The position numbers were made by a program, and so were the translations under genes. 64,000 nucleotides of DNA, from positions 1 to 64,000 of the forward strand of contig CBFGKC010000003.1 in assembly GCA_965649265.1 (NCBI GenBank), read 5' to 3'. Shown in pieces: positions 1 through 10,289 of this stretch; the stretch's first letter is position 1, and each line of letters begins with the position of its first letter. The notes beneath the pieces are model-generated. The model did not search any database. It was not told the DNA's origin and worked only from the letters and a program-made list of their open reading frames with translations. Origin of the DNA: a candidate division WOR-3 bacterium (GTDB lineage: Bacteria; Hydrothermota; Tepidihabitantia; B3-TA06).

Positions 1-47
1 TTCGCGGAGCGAATGCTCCACAAGGAAAGATAGAACTATCGAGAATC

Positions 48-335
48 CCCCCGGTCTTCGACCACCCCCCTTCAAAAGGGGGGTAGGGGGGCGGGGAAAA
101 CGATTGCCATTGCGAGTGTCTCTGGCTGGAACTCGCCAATGACGTTGTGAGTGGTACGGGTGTTACGGGCCTCCCCCCTTGTGGAGGAGGATTAAGGGGG
201 GGAGATTCTCGTCTTCTTGATGGACGGATGCTTCGAGGTGTGAGAGTAGAGAACTATCGCATTTGTTGTGGGAGTTGTTTCGAGCTTTGTGCCGTGAGAT
301 CGCCACGGCATCCTCCGGCTGCCTCGCGATGACAA
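48..335. repeat. Cluster of short palindromic intergenic (REP-like) elements
   Basis: C-tract/G-tract hairpins (ccccccttcaaaagggggg; ctccccccttgtggaggag) and GAGATCGCCACGG...CTCGCGATGAC / ...CTCGCCAATGAC hairpins; a related CTCGCAATGAC end occurs near 31065. Confidence 0.55.
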
Positions 336-338
336 GGG

Positions 339-1676
339 CTATCTCAGAATGACCACTTTCTGCGTGACTCCCACTCCTCCCGCCTCCAGCCGCGCGAAGT
401 AGATGCCTGCCGAAAGCCCCGCGACCTTCGCCTCGCCTTGCCCTTGGATCGAGAGACTCTCAACCATCCTGCCCGAGGCGTCGAGGAGCTTGATGGAGCC
501 TTGCTCGCCCTGGCTCAGGCAGTAGCGAAGGACGATCTCCGAATTAATTGGTGAGGATATTTCGAGGTGGTGTGTTACGGGTGTTACGGGGGAGGAGGGT
601 GTTTCTGAGGGGGGCTCGGAGATGCCGACACTGCCCCTGAAGTCGACGGTCCTTGTCGTGGAGAAAACGTCGGTGGCGTAGAACCTGGCCGAATAGGTGG
701 AGCTGTCATCCGATTGCCACGGAGAGAATTTTACCAGCACCGAATCGTCTGGATTAAGCTCATAGCTTATCCAGTACTCGCAGTGGTAAGGAGGTGAGAG
801 GAGCGGCGAAGTATCCGAGTATGTCGGCCAAATTTCGCAGTGGCAGTAGAAATCCTTTGCAGGCTCGACGTTGGTGTTCTTGAAATAGGCAACAGGGGTT
901 ATGCCGTGGATGCTTGCCGTCTCTTGCGGCGCAACGATGGTCGTCGCCCATACCCCGGGCGAGTACCTGCCGGTGTTCCGGTTGTCGTGCCGGAACTTTG
1001 GCCAGGGCGAGGCTGCAAGCCCTTTGGAAGAGCTTTCTATCGCAAAAAAAACACCAGAGCCCGCTATGATGTACATAGTACCATCCAGATCTATTGCTGG
1101 AGAAGAGTAAGCCCCACCTGAATTATACGCCCACTGGAGGCTTCCGTCCGTATTAAAGGCACATGAACTGATATATATCGTACCATCAGAACCTACTGCG
1201 GGAGAAGACTCCATACCCACTCCTACAGGGTATCTCCACTTAAGGTTGCCTTGCGGAGATATGGCGTAAAGATAGCCACTATTAGAGCCTGAGTACACAG
1301 TTCCATCTTGTCCAATCGCAGGGGAAGACACCGAGCCACCTGTTTCATACCGCCACTTTAGATTACCTTGAGGCGAAATAGCGTATAAATAACCATCCAT
1401 CGATTCAACATATACAGTCCCGTCTAAATCTATCGCTGGAGAAGAGTTGACCTGTCCATCTGTTTTATAGCGCCACTTGAGATTGCCTGAATGGCTAATG
1501 GCGTAAAGGCGATAGTCATATGATCCGAAGTAAATTGAACCATCTGGACCTATAGCAGGGGAAGAATACACCCACCAATTTGCATCGAATCTCCACTTCA
1601 GGTCGCCGGGCGCGGCAGTTGCAATCACGGAGAACGTCAGGGTCGCCGTTAAGACTGCGAAAAGGAATTTACTCAT
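339..1676 (-). CDS. Secreted PQQ-like (BamB-type) beta-propeller repeat protein with T9SS-type C-terminal sorting domain
   Basis: Signal peptide; repeated SSPAIxxDGTxYxGSxDxxLYAIxxxGNLKWRY units; PWPKFRHDxxNTGR motif; C-terminal LSAGIYFARL...KVVILR; GGAGG RBS. Confidence 0.85.
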   Translation of the reverse strand: MSKFLFAVLTATLTFSVIATAAPGDLKWRFDANWWVYSSPAIGPDGSIYFGSYDYRLYAISHSGNLKWRYKTDGQVNSSPAIDLDGTVYVESMDGYLYAISPQGNLKWRYETGGSVSSPAIGQDGTVYSGSNSGYLYAISPQGNLKWRYPVGVGMESSPAVGSDGTIYISSCAFNTDGSLQWAYNSGGAYSSPAIDLDGTMYIIAGSGVFFAIESSSKGLAASPWPKFRHDNRNTGRYSPGVWATTIVAPQETASIHGITPVAYFKNTNVEPAKDFYCHCEIWPTYSDTSPLLSPPYHCEYWISYELNPDDSVLVKFSPWQSDDSSTYSARFYATDVFSTTRTVDFRGSVGISEPPSETPSSPVTPVTHHLEISSPINSEIVLRYCLSQGEQGSIKLLDASGRMVESLSIQGQGEAKVAGLSAGIYFARLEAGGVGVTQKVVILR

Positions 1677-2132
1677 CCTTCCTCCTTGATTGGATCATCC
1701 CTTTTTTCCTTCTCTGATAATAATAGACCCGATCAGCTCAATGTCAAGGAATGATATTGCGGCAAGCAAACCGACCCGTCTCCGTATCCATACCGCCTTG
1801 GAGCGACTTGTCGATGCATTCCCTTTGTCCCCCGGGAGGAGTCTTTAAGGTGAAACCTCTCGTAATGAGATACAGCCTCAATCAGGCGATCCTCACGGAT
1901 GCTGTGCATCCTCAGGATGACTTGGCAAGTGCCGGAGCCCCGTGCTATCTTATGACGTCATTTGCGAGCTGGCAACCGGAGGTCGCATGGGCGGAGGTTC
2001 CTTCCGCATATGGGCGACCTTAACCGCCCCGGCGATGCTCCTTTTTCGTCTTGGCGAAAATGCTCCTTATTCAGGGTCGAAAAAGAACCAGGGCTCGCTC
2101 CATGTCTGAAACCCTTCAAGCAATGAATCGGG

Positions 2133-2990
2133 TTATTGCATATAAAACCCGAGTGTCAGTGTCATCGTATTCAGCCAGTTGTCGGTGAAGCCGTCGCCGC
2201 GGTCAGAGGGCGTCTCGTCAGTACCCCTTGCGCCGCCTCCCAGATATCTCAGGTTGATGAAACCGTCGAGCGATTCGTTGAGTCTGAAGCCGTATCTGCC
2301 CGAGACATCGAATATGGCGCCCATAAAGTCGTTGGCCGAACCTGTAATGTAGCGTCCGTCGGCGTAGAAGCCGTCAGCCTCGACGCCGAGCCAGGTGCCG
2401 TTCCTGAAGTGCTGCGCCATGCGGAACTTCAAGATTGGAACCGGTCCGATGTTCTGTCCCGTGCGGTAAAGGGTTCCGTCCTTTGACGCGAAGCTGATGG
2501 TGGCGTTGCGAATCTGAAAGCTTATGCCCGCCGCAAGCTCGTTTCGTGGATCCTTGTTGAAATCGTAAAGATAGCTGAGCCTGTAGAAATCGAAACCATA
2601 GCGGAACTCCATTGGAGTGCCTGCGGGAAATAACAGGCTGTCCACGACGAGGTCCTGGCTCAATAAGTCCTCTGTCCTGACATCGAGCGGCTGGTAAAGA
2701 AAGACCAACTCATGGCGCTGGCCGAAGCGCATCTCGGCGGTCAATCTATTAAAGAAAAGGAGATTTGCCTGGCCGCCGTCCTTCACGTAGTCGAAGACGG
2801 TTCCGTTTTGACCAAGCTGTATACGGTGCGAGAGCACGCCCAGAAAACCTGTCTCGAAACCTGCGCGGAACCGGTAAGGATTATCGGGGCTGTTGAGCCA
2901 CGTCGCGCGGGCTGATTGAGGCACGATTAAGATACAAACAATCAGCGCCAGTAGAACGTACATTGTATCTTTTGACTTTACAAGATTCAT
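2133..2990 (-). CDS. Hypothetical exported protein, probable outer-membrane beta-barrel
   Basis: Signal peptide; alternating aromatic/Gly beta-strand pattern; ends TLTLGFYMQ; start reassigned to ATG 2990 (GAGGAGG RBS). Confidence 0.55.
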   Translation of the reverse strand: MNLVKSKDTMYVLLALIVCILIVPQSARATWLNSPDNPYRFRAGFETGFLGVLSHRIQLGQNGTVFDYVKDGGQANLLFFNRLTAEMRFGQRHELVFLYQPLDVRTEDLLSQDLVVDSLLFPAGTPMEFRYGFDFYRLSYLYDFNKDPRNELAAGISFQIRNATISFASKDGTLYRTGQNIGPVPILKFRMAQHFRNGTWLGVEADGFYADGRYITGSANDFMGAIFDVSGRYGFRLNESLDGFINLRYLGGGARGTDETPSDRGDGFTDNWLNTMTLTLGFYMQ

Positions 2991-3313
2991 GGTTTTCCTC
3001 CTCGGAAGCTTATTAATGCTCACCTACAATTGTAGTAGGAATTTGTGTCACGTCAAGGTAAGTGGTTCTCTACCTGTAGAAAATTTTGATTATCCTCGTA
3101 TTACGAATTACGCCTGTATTCGAAAGTTGAGTTCATGCTTGGAAACCGGCAGGAGTTTTCTCAATATCGAAAAATGGAAACCCGGTATAGATGACGTGCG
3201 AAGAAAGAGAAATCTTTCTCGCGTATCAAGTCACAGGCTCGTTCGCTCCTCAAAATCCGGAGTCCGAATCATCCGGAATGGACTTTTTACCTGCCGCCTT
3301 TCCGGCGATAAAG

Positions 3314-4693
3314 CTATATCAGCGCAACTATTTTCCTCGTGAAAGAAGCATTGTCCGTCACGAACCTGATGAAATACACGCCCGAAGCCAGATTGGAGTT
3401 AAAGCTCACTTCTCCCGAACCGTGGACTGCCGTCTCTTCAATCCTGCGGCCCAAGGCGTCGAAAAGCGTAAGCGGGGCTTGGTCTTCGTCCGGGATGCGG
3501 TAAGAAACATGAATGCTGCCTGCCTCGATAAAGGCCTCCATCTCGACGCCCGGCGGAGAGAATGAACCCTCCTTGACCTCTGGCGGGCCTCCAGTTCTGC
3601 CCGAATTTTTGCCGTCATGGCGGAACTTGGGCCATGGGCTTTCCGCAAGGCCTTCGGAAGCGCTCTCGACCGCATACAGACAGCTGTCTGCTGATCCGAA
3701 GTACAGGGTGCCGTCCCCTGCGATGTTTGCCGATGATCCTAAAGGACCGTTTGTTTTGAATTGCCACAACAGTTCACCCTGCGGGTTTAATGCGTAATTA
3801 TTGCTGTCCGCCGATCCGAAGTACAATGTCCCATCTAGTCCAACTGCAGGGGAGGTGCGAATCATGCCGCCTGTCTCGAATTTCCACTTGAGAGTTCCCA
3901 GGTCACTGAGAGCGTAAAGGAAGCCGTCGTCCGCGCCGAAGTAAAGGGTGCCGTCTGCGCCAATCGCTGCGGAGGAGCCGGTCCCCGCTGCGGCCTGGTA
4001 CTTCCACTTTAGCGCGCCGTTGGGATCAAGCGCGTAGAAGTAGCCGTCGGACGAACCCAGGTAAACAGTGCCGTCTGCGCCTATAGCCGGCGACGCATGT
4101 ATCAGGTTACCGGTTTCGTACTTCCACTTGAGCGCTCCCTCAGGTGACAGTGCATACAGGGTAGTTCCCGATGCGGCATAGATTGTTCCTTCGGCTGCGA
4201 TAGAGGGGGAGGATGCCACGTATCCGCCGGTTTCGTAATTCCAGAGGAGTGAGCCTTCGGGACTTAGTGCGTAAAGGCATCCGTTACCGTCCTCATACGA
4301 TATGACGTAGACTGTTCCGTCGGCAGCGATGCCGGGCGATGATGCTACATTGCCGCCGGTTTTGTAACGCCACTTGAGTGTCCCCTTGGAGTCAATCGCG
4401 TAAAGATGGGTGTCCATTGAGCCGACATATATGGTTCCGTCCTCACCGATGGCCGGGGAGGAGCCGATCTTGCCTTCGGCCTTGTAACGCCAGAAGGTGT
4501 CGCCCTGCGGGTTGAAAGCGTAGAGGTAGGTATCCATCGAGCCCACGTACACGGTTCCGTCCGGGGCAACGGCCGGTGACGAGAAAACACCTGCGCCCGC
4601 CTTGTACTGCCACTTGAGGTCGCCGGGGTCTGCGAAGGCCAGTAGCCCAAAAACAAGCAACGACAGCATCGTCATGGTGAACGTTTTATTCAT
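3314..4693 (-). CDS. Secreted PQQ-like beta-propeller repeat protein with T9SS-type C-terminal domain
   Basis: About 8 SSPA..DGTxYxGS..LYAL..G.LKW repeats; SPWPKFRHDGKNSGR; C-terminal LASGVYFIRF...RKIVALI. Confidence 0.88.
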   Translation of the reverse strand: MNKTFTMTMLSLLVFGLLAFADPGDLKWQYKAGAGVFSSPAVAPDGTVYVGSMDTYLYAFNPQGDTFWRYKAEGKIGSSPAIGEDGTIYVGSMDTHLYAIDSKGTLKWRYKTGGNVASSPGIAADGTVYVISYEDGNGCLYALSPEGSLLWNYETGGYVASSPSIAAEGTIYAASGTTLYALSPEGALKWKYETGNLIHASPAIGADGTVYLGSSDGYFYALDPNGALKWKYQAAAGTGSSAAIGADGTLYFGADDGFLYALSDLGTLKWKFETGGMIRTSPAVGLDGTLYFGSADSNNYALNPQGELLWQFKTNGPLGSSANIAGDGTLYFGSADSCLYAVESASEGLAESPWPKFRHDGKNSGRTGGPPEVKEGSFSPPGVEMEAFIEAGSIHVSYRIPDEDQAPLTLFDALGRRIEETAVHGSGEVSFNSNLASGVYFIRFVTDNASFTRKIVALI

Positions 4694-4739
4694 CTATCCT
4701 CCTAGAAAGCTAGTTCCCTTCGGAAGTCACCTCCCGAAA

Positions 4740-6797
4740 TTACTCTCGATACTTATCCAGCGGCTCGTTCAGTTCCTCGGTGCCCGGGACAACGAAACGT
4801 CCGGAGCGGATGACGTCCACCCTCGTCCCGTCCGGGGCCACTGCCGTGATGAAGTCGAGCGAATCATAGGGCAGGGTTATATCCGTGTGCTTGTTGGTGT
4901 AGGCTTTCTGGAAATCCTGTTTTCTAAGAACCGTGCGTTCGTTGTCCTTGGCCATTATCCGCTTGCCGTCGGGGTTGAAGGTCTCCTTGTCCTCAGCCTG
5001 CGAGAAGCACGTGTCGCCTATCGCGAAATGGGGACCGGTCTTTTCGAGAATGAGGACGGGCAAGAGGTGCCCTATCTTGTATTTTTTGGCCGTCACGTAC
5101 GCCAGGGTGTTGGTGCCTATGGCGAATTCGCCCACCGGCAAGGTCTCATGAGGGTCGAACAGGTTCTCCTTCATGAACATTGTATTCTCGGCCTCCGATT
5201 CAAAGTTCCGGCAGGTGTAGGCGGTGACATAGCCGTCCTTGAAAGTCATCTCGAGATCAACGTAGCGAAGCCCTGAAAGGAAAGCCTCCTCGACGTGAAG
5301 GACTCCAGAGGTCCCATCGAGCCGCGGGGAGGTGAATACCTCACCCACAGGGATGTTGATGTCGGCCCCGCAGTTCACGAAGTTCGTCTGTTTTGAGGGA
5401 TCGGTAAGCTTCTGCATCTTCACCTTGATATCCGTTTTGTTGGCACCCTTGCCCTTGACGTGCACGTAGTCGGCCTGGTCAAGCACGTCGATGATGCGCT
5501 TCTGAATCTTGTGGTAGCGCGATGATTCCAGCATATTGATTTCGATAACGTCCTCGAATATCCGTTCGAAATCGGGCCCTATCTCGGGGGCGGGGAACGC
5601 TATTATCGAAAAGCTTGTTTCGGCCCTGGGCGAGAACTCATCCTGCAGCGCGAGCAACTGACCCTGAAGCGTTTGCCGGAGCCCGTGCTGCTCGGCGTTG
5701 AAGGCAAGGTTCTGCGGCTTGGCCTCGGGCTTGAACGGCGGTTCGCCGAACTTTTCAATGACTATGACGCCCGAAAACGCCCCGAGCGCGGACGAGCACG
5801 CGGGATAGGCCTTCTTGTTGTTCTCCACAAATGCGTTTACCCATTTTTTATCCATGTAGAGGGCGCGGTCAAAGCGATGGTCGTAGCCGTACTGGCGATT
5901 TGCCGGGGTTGCGGCTGGGTAGGGTACAATCGCTTCGAGTCCATGTTCCCTGAGGTCACGAATCAGCTGCCGGACCAGGCGCTCCTGGCCTGCGTTGTAG
6001 ATTAGTTTAACCGTAGACTTCTTCGAGATGTCCTTGCCCTCGAACTTGAACCCGTCCATATAGGCTTCAGTAATAAGCCGCGAGAGCTTGCGTATTTTCT
6101 CCTCAGGGTAGGTCGAGAAGAACCTCGAGATACGGATGTCCTCCTCCGATATGTAGGAGGGGTATCGGTAAAGGTAGCGGGGGTCGTTGATATCGCAGTT
6201 CTCGACTATGTCACTGTAAAATCTGTAATCGGGACTCATCTCCTCGGCAATGTCGCGGACTATATCTGCAACCGTCTCGTTGCGTACAGGTCCTGTGATT
6301 ATTTCCTTGAGGGTCTCGTACTCCGGCGATCGCTTCGAGACATAGGCGAACACCTCAAGAAAGACACGATTCCAGCGCTCCATCTCGAAAATCTTGTGCA
6401 GGTACGAATAGGTGATGTACTGCCTGTAGCGGACGTAAAAAAACGAGAGGAGCTGCCCGAACCCGTTCCCAAAGATCTTTACCGCATAAACGGGATTGGC
6501 GTAACTCCTGCCGTACTTGCCTGCAAGAAGCTCATCGTAGTTCTTCCGGTTCGTCTTGGCCAGGACATCGATATTCGTTTTCGTGAAGTAGTCGTCCGAG
6601 GCTTTTTTCTCGAACTTCGCGTATGCAAGTATCATCCTGCCGATTTTCGCAAGGAGCTTGAAGTACTTACCACGCGCATCAGCCTTGCTCCTGGATTTCA
6701 ACTTCTCCACGGCTGCCTTGATCGCCACGAGCCCCTTTTCGTAGCTCTTTAGTACCGCTTCGTTCTCATTGCGGAAGTATTCTTTTGTGTCGAACAT
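4740..6797 (-). CDS. Aminopeptidase, M29 (thermophilic metalloprotease) family, long N-terminally extended form
   Basis: NIPVGEVFTSP, GEFAIGTN, EKTGPHFAIGD and HTDITL motifs; start at MFDTKEY (GGAGG RBS). Confidence 0.8.
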   Translation of the reverse strand: MFDTKEYFRNENEAVLKSYEKGLVAIKAAVEKLKSRSKADARGKYFKLLAKIGRMILAYAKFEKKASDDYFTKTNIDVLAKTNRKNYDELLAGKYGRSYANPVYAVKIFGNGFGQLLSFFYVRYRQYITYSYLHKIFEMERWNRVFLEVFAYVSKRSPEYETLKEIITGPVRNETVADIVRDIAEEMSPDYRFYSDIVENCDINDPRYLYRYPSYISEEDIRISRFFSTYPEEKIRKLSRLITEAYMDGFKFEGKDISKKSTVKLIYNAGQERLVRQLIRDLREHGLEAIVPYPAATPANRQYGYDHRFDRALYMDKKWVNAFVENNKKAYPACSSALGAFSGVIVIEKFGEPPFKPEAKPQNLAFNAEQHGLRQTLQGQLLALQDEFSPRAETSFSIIAFPAPEIGPDFERIFEDVIEINMLESSRYHKIQKRIIDVLDQADYVHVKGKGANKTDIKVKMQKLTDPSKQTNFVNCGADINIPVGEVFTSPRLDGTSGVLHVEEAFLSGLRYVDLEMTFKDGYVTAYTCRNFESEAENTMFMKENLFDPHETLPVGEFAIGTNTLAYVTAKKYKIGHLLPVLILEKTGPHFAIGDTCFSQAEDKETFNPDGKRIMAKDNERTVLRKQDFQKAYTNKHTDITLPYDSLDFITAVAPDGTRVDVIRSGRFVVPGTEELNEPLDKYRE

Positions 6798-6948
6798 AAT
6801 GCCTCCAGATATGTCCTGAAAAGCCTTTCTTCTTTTACGAAGCAAGGCTATCAAACTCAATCATCTTCGGCAACCCCGGGATATCTGAAATCCGACCTAA
6901 GTAATTATTATATAACAGTGAATCTGCCTGTCAAGGGTTAGTGAAAAC

Positions 6949-9240
6949 CTAAAACTCGATCACCATGCCGCCCGACGGCATGAGGCTCATCTGGTAGAGC
7001 GTATCCACGACCCCGCCGGGCATGTACATGTACTGCCAGACGTTTTTCCGGCCGTAGGCGTTCTGCGCCTCTATATACCACGACATGCTCCAGCCCTTGA
7101 ACAGGAACTTGTGGTCCCAGCGGACGTCCAGCCTGTGATAAGCGGGATAGCGCGCGGAGTTGTAGTCGAGGGCATCGTATCCCCACGTCGAATCCTGATC
7201 GTCCCACTGCATGGGCGTGTACGGCCGAGGACCCATGTAGCGGAAGCGGAAGCCGAGGTTCGATTCGTCCGAAAACAAAATGCTTCCGATGGACATCCTG
7301 AACCAGTCGGGCAGTTTTTGGTACCACTCGTATTTGTGAAACTCGAACTTGTAGGCGGCAACCGCGCTCAGCATGTGCCCGTAGTCGTAGTTGCCCGGAA
7401 CCACGAGCGAGAGATCGAGCGGGTTTTGCATGACCGACGACGAGTACGAATATGCCAGCGTTCCGTGCCAGTTGTTGGAGTAGCGCTTCTGGATCAAAAA
7501 CTCGACGCCCCACGCCCTGGAGCCGACCTGAGCCAAAAGAGCACCCGAGGAATTAAGGGGATCAGTAATGGGAAGATTCCTTATGTTCTTGAAATACCCT
7601 TCGACGGAGACCCGGCTGTCGTCCGTTATCAGCCGCTCGATTCCCGCAACGTAGTGATCGGAGCGCTCGCTTTCAAGCGCGTAGTTTGCGGTGTCGTTTA
7701 AGAGCAGGAAGTATGCCGGGGTCTGGTAGTGCCAGCCGTAGCCGGCGTGGGCACTCACGCCCCAGAGGAGTGGCCGCGTCGATAAACCTATCCTCGGAGA
7801 GAACGTCAGCTCTCGGTTCAGGTCGAAATAATCCGCCCTTGCGCCCAAAGTCAGGTTCGCCGCATTCCACAGGTCGAACCGCTGCTCTATCCAGCCGCCC
7901 GCTTTTGCTCCCGCCGTGTCCTTTTCGATGTCGAGGGAGGTCGTGTCCGAGAGCGGCACGTAGAGCGAGTACTCGGAAGGTTCGTACTTGACGAAAGCCC
8001 CGGCCTCGAAGGGAAAATCCTTGAACGTTCCGAGAGACAACCGGTACTGGGCTTTCCATGAATCGAGTGCGGATGTCGTGGCATTCAACGTGTCCGTCGA
8101 ATCCGTATAGAGATACTGACCCCAGCGAGCGAGAGAGTACGAAACGTTCAGCCTGCCCCATGAGCGCTCGCCGAAGAGGCTGCGCAAGCCTAGCCCCGAC
8201 ACGAGCCTGGATGTCGCGAGATGAAGGGTGCCCTCCATTCCGCCCAGGAAGCCTTCCATGTCGACGTCGAGGTCGTCGGAACCCGCAACTGCCATGAGAG
8301 AAAGCTCGTTTCTCGGGGTTACATCGACGCTCAGCTTGGTCATGTAGTTGGTGTAGAAGGGCAGTATCGCGTCTTCGGGGAAGAGTCCTATCGCCGACAT
8401 GAAGTCGAGAAAGCTGCGGTGGTATGCCGCAGTCACCGATCCCTTGCCGCGAAAGAGAGGAACCTCGACAATAGCGCCCACGCCTCCGACACCCATATCT
8501 ATGTTGCCGTCCACCCCCTCCCTCGATCCCCGCTTGAGCGAGACGTCAATTACCGATGACGCCTTGTCGCCGTAGCGGGCAGGGAAAGCGCCGGCGATGA
8601 AATCGGCTTCCCCGATCATCAACGGATTGATCAGGTTGATCGCGCCGCCCTGGTGGTCGTACAGGCCGAAATGGTTGGGATAAGGAATCTCTGCACCGTC
8701 CAGTATGAACAGGTTCTCCCCCGGTGAGCCCCCCCTTACGATGACCTCGTTGTCTTGGTCGTTGCCGCCCGAAACCGAGGGCAGTGCCTGGACAACACGC
8801 TGGATGTCCATGGTTCCGCCGGGCTGCACCCTTATCTCGGCCGACGAGAAGTTGGTGCTTGACACTGCCGCATCACCGGACCGGGAGAAGTAGTCCGGTC
8901 TCACATCTACCGCACCCATCGCGACGGGAGAACGCTCCAGCCTTACCTCCAGTTCGGTCGAGCGGCCCGGCTCCACCGCAACCTGGGTCTTGACCTGCGT
9001 GCGGTAGCCTATCATCGAAACTTCTACCGAGTACACACCCGCCGGGATGTCCCTCAGTATGAGCGTGCCGTTCCGGTCCGCGGCGCCGCCTTTCTCCGAC
9101 CCCTCGATCACGAGGTTCGCGCCGGCAAGCGGCGAGCGTGAGGAAGCGTCGAAAACCCTTGCGGCAATCTTGCCCGCAGGTGCTGCGTACACAACCGAAG
9201 AAGATGCAAAAAGGATTGTAAGAAAGGAAAGAAATCTCAT
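6949..9240 (-). CDS. TonB-dependent receptor with N-terminal carboxypeptidase-regulatory-like domain
   Basis: Plug motifs IVRGGSPGENLFILDG and FPARYGDKASSVID; YHRLDVR and QNAYGRKN near the C-terminus; terminal Phe. Confidence 0.88.
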   Translation of the reverse strand: MRFLSFLTILFASSSVVYAAPAGKIAARVFDASSRSPLAGANLVIEGSEKGGAADRNGTLILRDIPAGVYSVEVSMIGYRTQVKTQVAVEPGRSTELEVRLERSPVAMGAVDVRPDYFSRSGDAAVSSTNFSSAEIRVQPGGTMDIQRVVQALPSVSGGNDQDNEVIVRGGSPGENLFILDGAEIPYPNHFGLYDHQGGAINLINPLMIGEADFIAGAFPARYGDKASSVIDVSLKRGSREGVDGNIDMGVGGVGAIVEVPLFRGKGSVTAAYHRSFLDFMSAIGLFPEDAILPFYTNYMTKLSVDVTPRNELSLMAVAGSDDLDVDMEGFLGGMEGTLHLATSRLVSGLGLRSLFGERSWGRLNVSYSLARWGQYLYTDSTDTLNATTSALDSWKAQYRLSLGTFKDFPFEAGAFVKYEPSEYSLYVPLSDTTSLDIEKDTAGAKAGGWIEQRFDLWNAANLTLGARADYFDLNRELTFSPRIGLSTRPLLWGVSAHAGYGWHYQTPAYFLLLNDTANYALESERSDHYVAGIERLITDDSRVSVEGYFKNIRNLPITDPLNSSGALLAQVGSRAWGVEFLIQKRYSNNWHGTLAYSYSSSVMQNPLDLSLVVPGNYDYGHMLSAVAAYKFEFHKYEWYQKLPDWFRMSIGSILFSDESNLGFRFRYMGPRPYTPMQWDDQDSTWGYDALDYNSARYPAYHRLDVRWDHKFLFKGWSMSWYIEAQNAYGRKNVWQYMYMPGGVVDTLYQMSLMPSGGMVIEF

Positions 9241-9371
9241 GGCCGTTCTCCCTGTGATAAGTTTATATTACTCTCAATCGGTCAACCATCGATCATCCAT
9301 TATAACCTCGGCTTCCTGGAGCGTCAACTGCGAGTTAATTGACATGCGCCGGCTCTTTGATAATATCCAGA

Positions 9372-10004
9372 ATGCTCACGACAATTTATCTTATTCGCCA
9401 CGGGGAATGCGAGGGGAATCGCGAGGGGCTTTTCCGCGGACGCTTCGATTATCCCTTGAACGAACAGGGTCTTGAACAGGCTCGTTCGCTCGCGGAGGAG
9501 CTGGCGAACGTGAATTTCGACGCAGTGTACACGAGTCCTCTTACGCGCGCGTACCAGACCGCCGAGATCGTCTGTAGGGGCCGCTCCATCGTTCCAATCC
9601 GTGAAGAAGGATTCAACAACATCTTCCTCGGCGCGTGGGAGGGGAGACCCAAATCGGAAGTCGAGAAGGAACACCCGCGTGAATTCGAGCTCTGGCGCAC
9701 GGAGCCGGAGAAACTCAGCATGGAAGGAGCCGAGAGCCTTGCCGAGGTCCAGAAAAGAACGGTCTCAACACTCATCCGCATCACAGGGGAGAAAGGGGGG
9801 AGAGCCTTCGCAGTCGTAACCCACCGCGCCGTGCTCAAACCCCTGATCGCCGGTCTCCTCGGCATACCCGAGCCTTACTTCTGGAAGCTTCAGCCGGAAA
9901 CCGCCTCCTACACGATCATAGAACACACCGGGGAGCGGGGATTCTCGCTGGTGCTGTTTAATCAGACACGACACCTCAAATCGTATATCCGGGAAGACGT
10001 TTAG
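9372..10004 (+). CDS. Histidine phosphatase family protein (PGM/CobC-like)
   Basis: LIRHGE, SPLTRAYQTA, GAESL and VVTH motifs; probably leaderless from ATG 9372. Confidence 0.88.
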   Translation: MLTTIYLIRHGECEGNREGLFRGRFDYPLNEQGLEQARSLAEELANVNFDAVYTSPLTRAYQTAEIVCRGRSIVPIREEGFNNIFLGAWEGRPKSEVEKEHPREFELWRTEPEKLSMEGAESLAEVQKRTVSTLIRITGEKGGRAFAVVTHRAVLKPLIAGLLGIPEPYFWKLQPETASYTIIEHTGERGFSLVLFNQTRHLKSYIREDV

Positions 10005-10008
10005 TATT

Positions 10009-10046
10009 TATCCCAGGAAGTCGCTTCGCGTCTTCTCGGGGACCCC
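10009..10046 (-). repeat. GGGGTCCCC-hairpin-GGG repeat element
   Basis: Reverse complement reads GGGGTCCCCgagaagacgcgaagcgacttcctGGGA, matching copies at 13741, 15037 and 58955. Confidence 0.55.
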
Positions 10047-10241
10047 TGGCGCCCCGGCGCAAGCTAGTTGCGGGCGCTCTTCTCGTATTTTTTTCTTTAC
10101 AACTTTCCTTAAGGCGCACATTCCCTGTTCGGTGCGTTAAGCTATGCTGATACCTGGCGTCACTTGTTCGTTTGTTGCCCGGCAAGTCGGAAAACCAGTT
10201 GAAAATCATCTAAAAAAGAGAAGAAATTGCTTCTTTTCTGC

Positions 10242-10269
10242 TTGACAAGACGAAACTTTTATCTATAAT
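10242..10269 (+). promoter_or_regulatory. Sigma70-type promoter
   Basis: TTGACA-N16-TATAAT followed by AAGGAGG RBS and TTG start at 10290. Confidence 0.8.
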
Positions 10270-10289
10270 CCACACATAAAGGAGGTCTT

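Noticed and set aside
154-600. TACGGGTGTTACGGG shared by intergenic DNA (~155) and a coding linker (~575), with GTGTTACGGG also near 50650
   Set aside because: Too short to distinguish repeat domestication from chance
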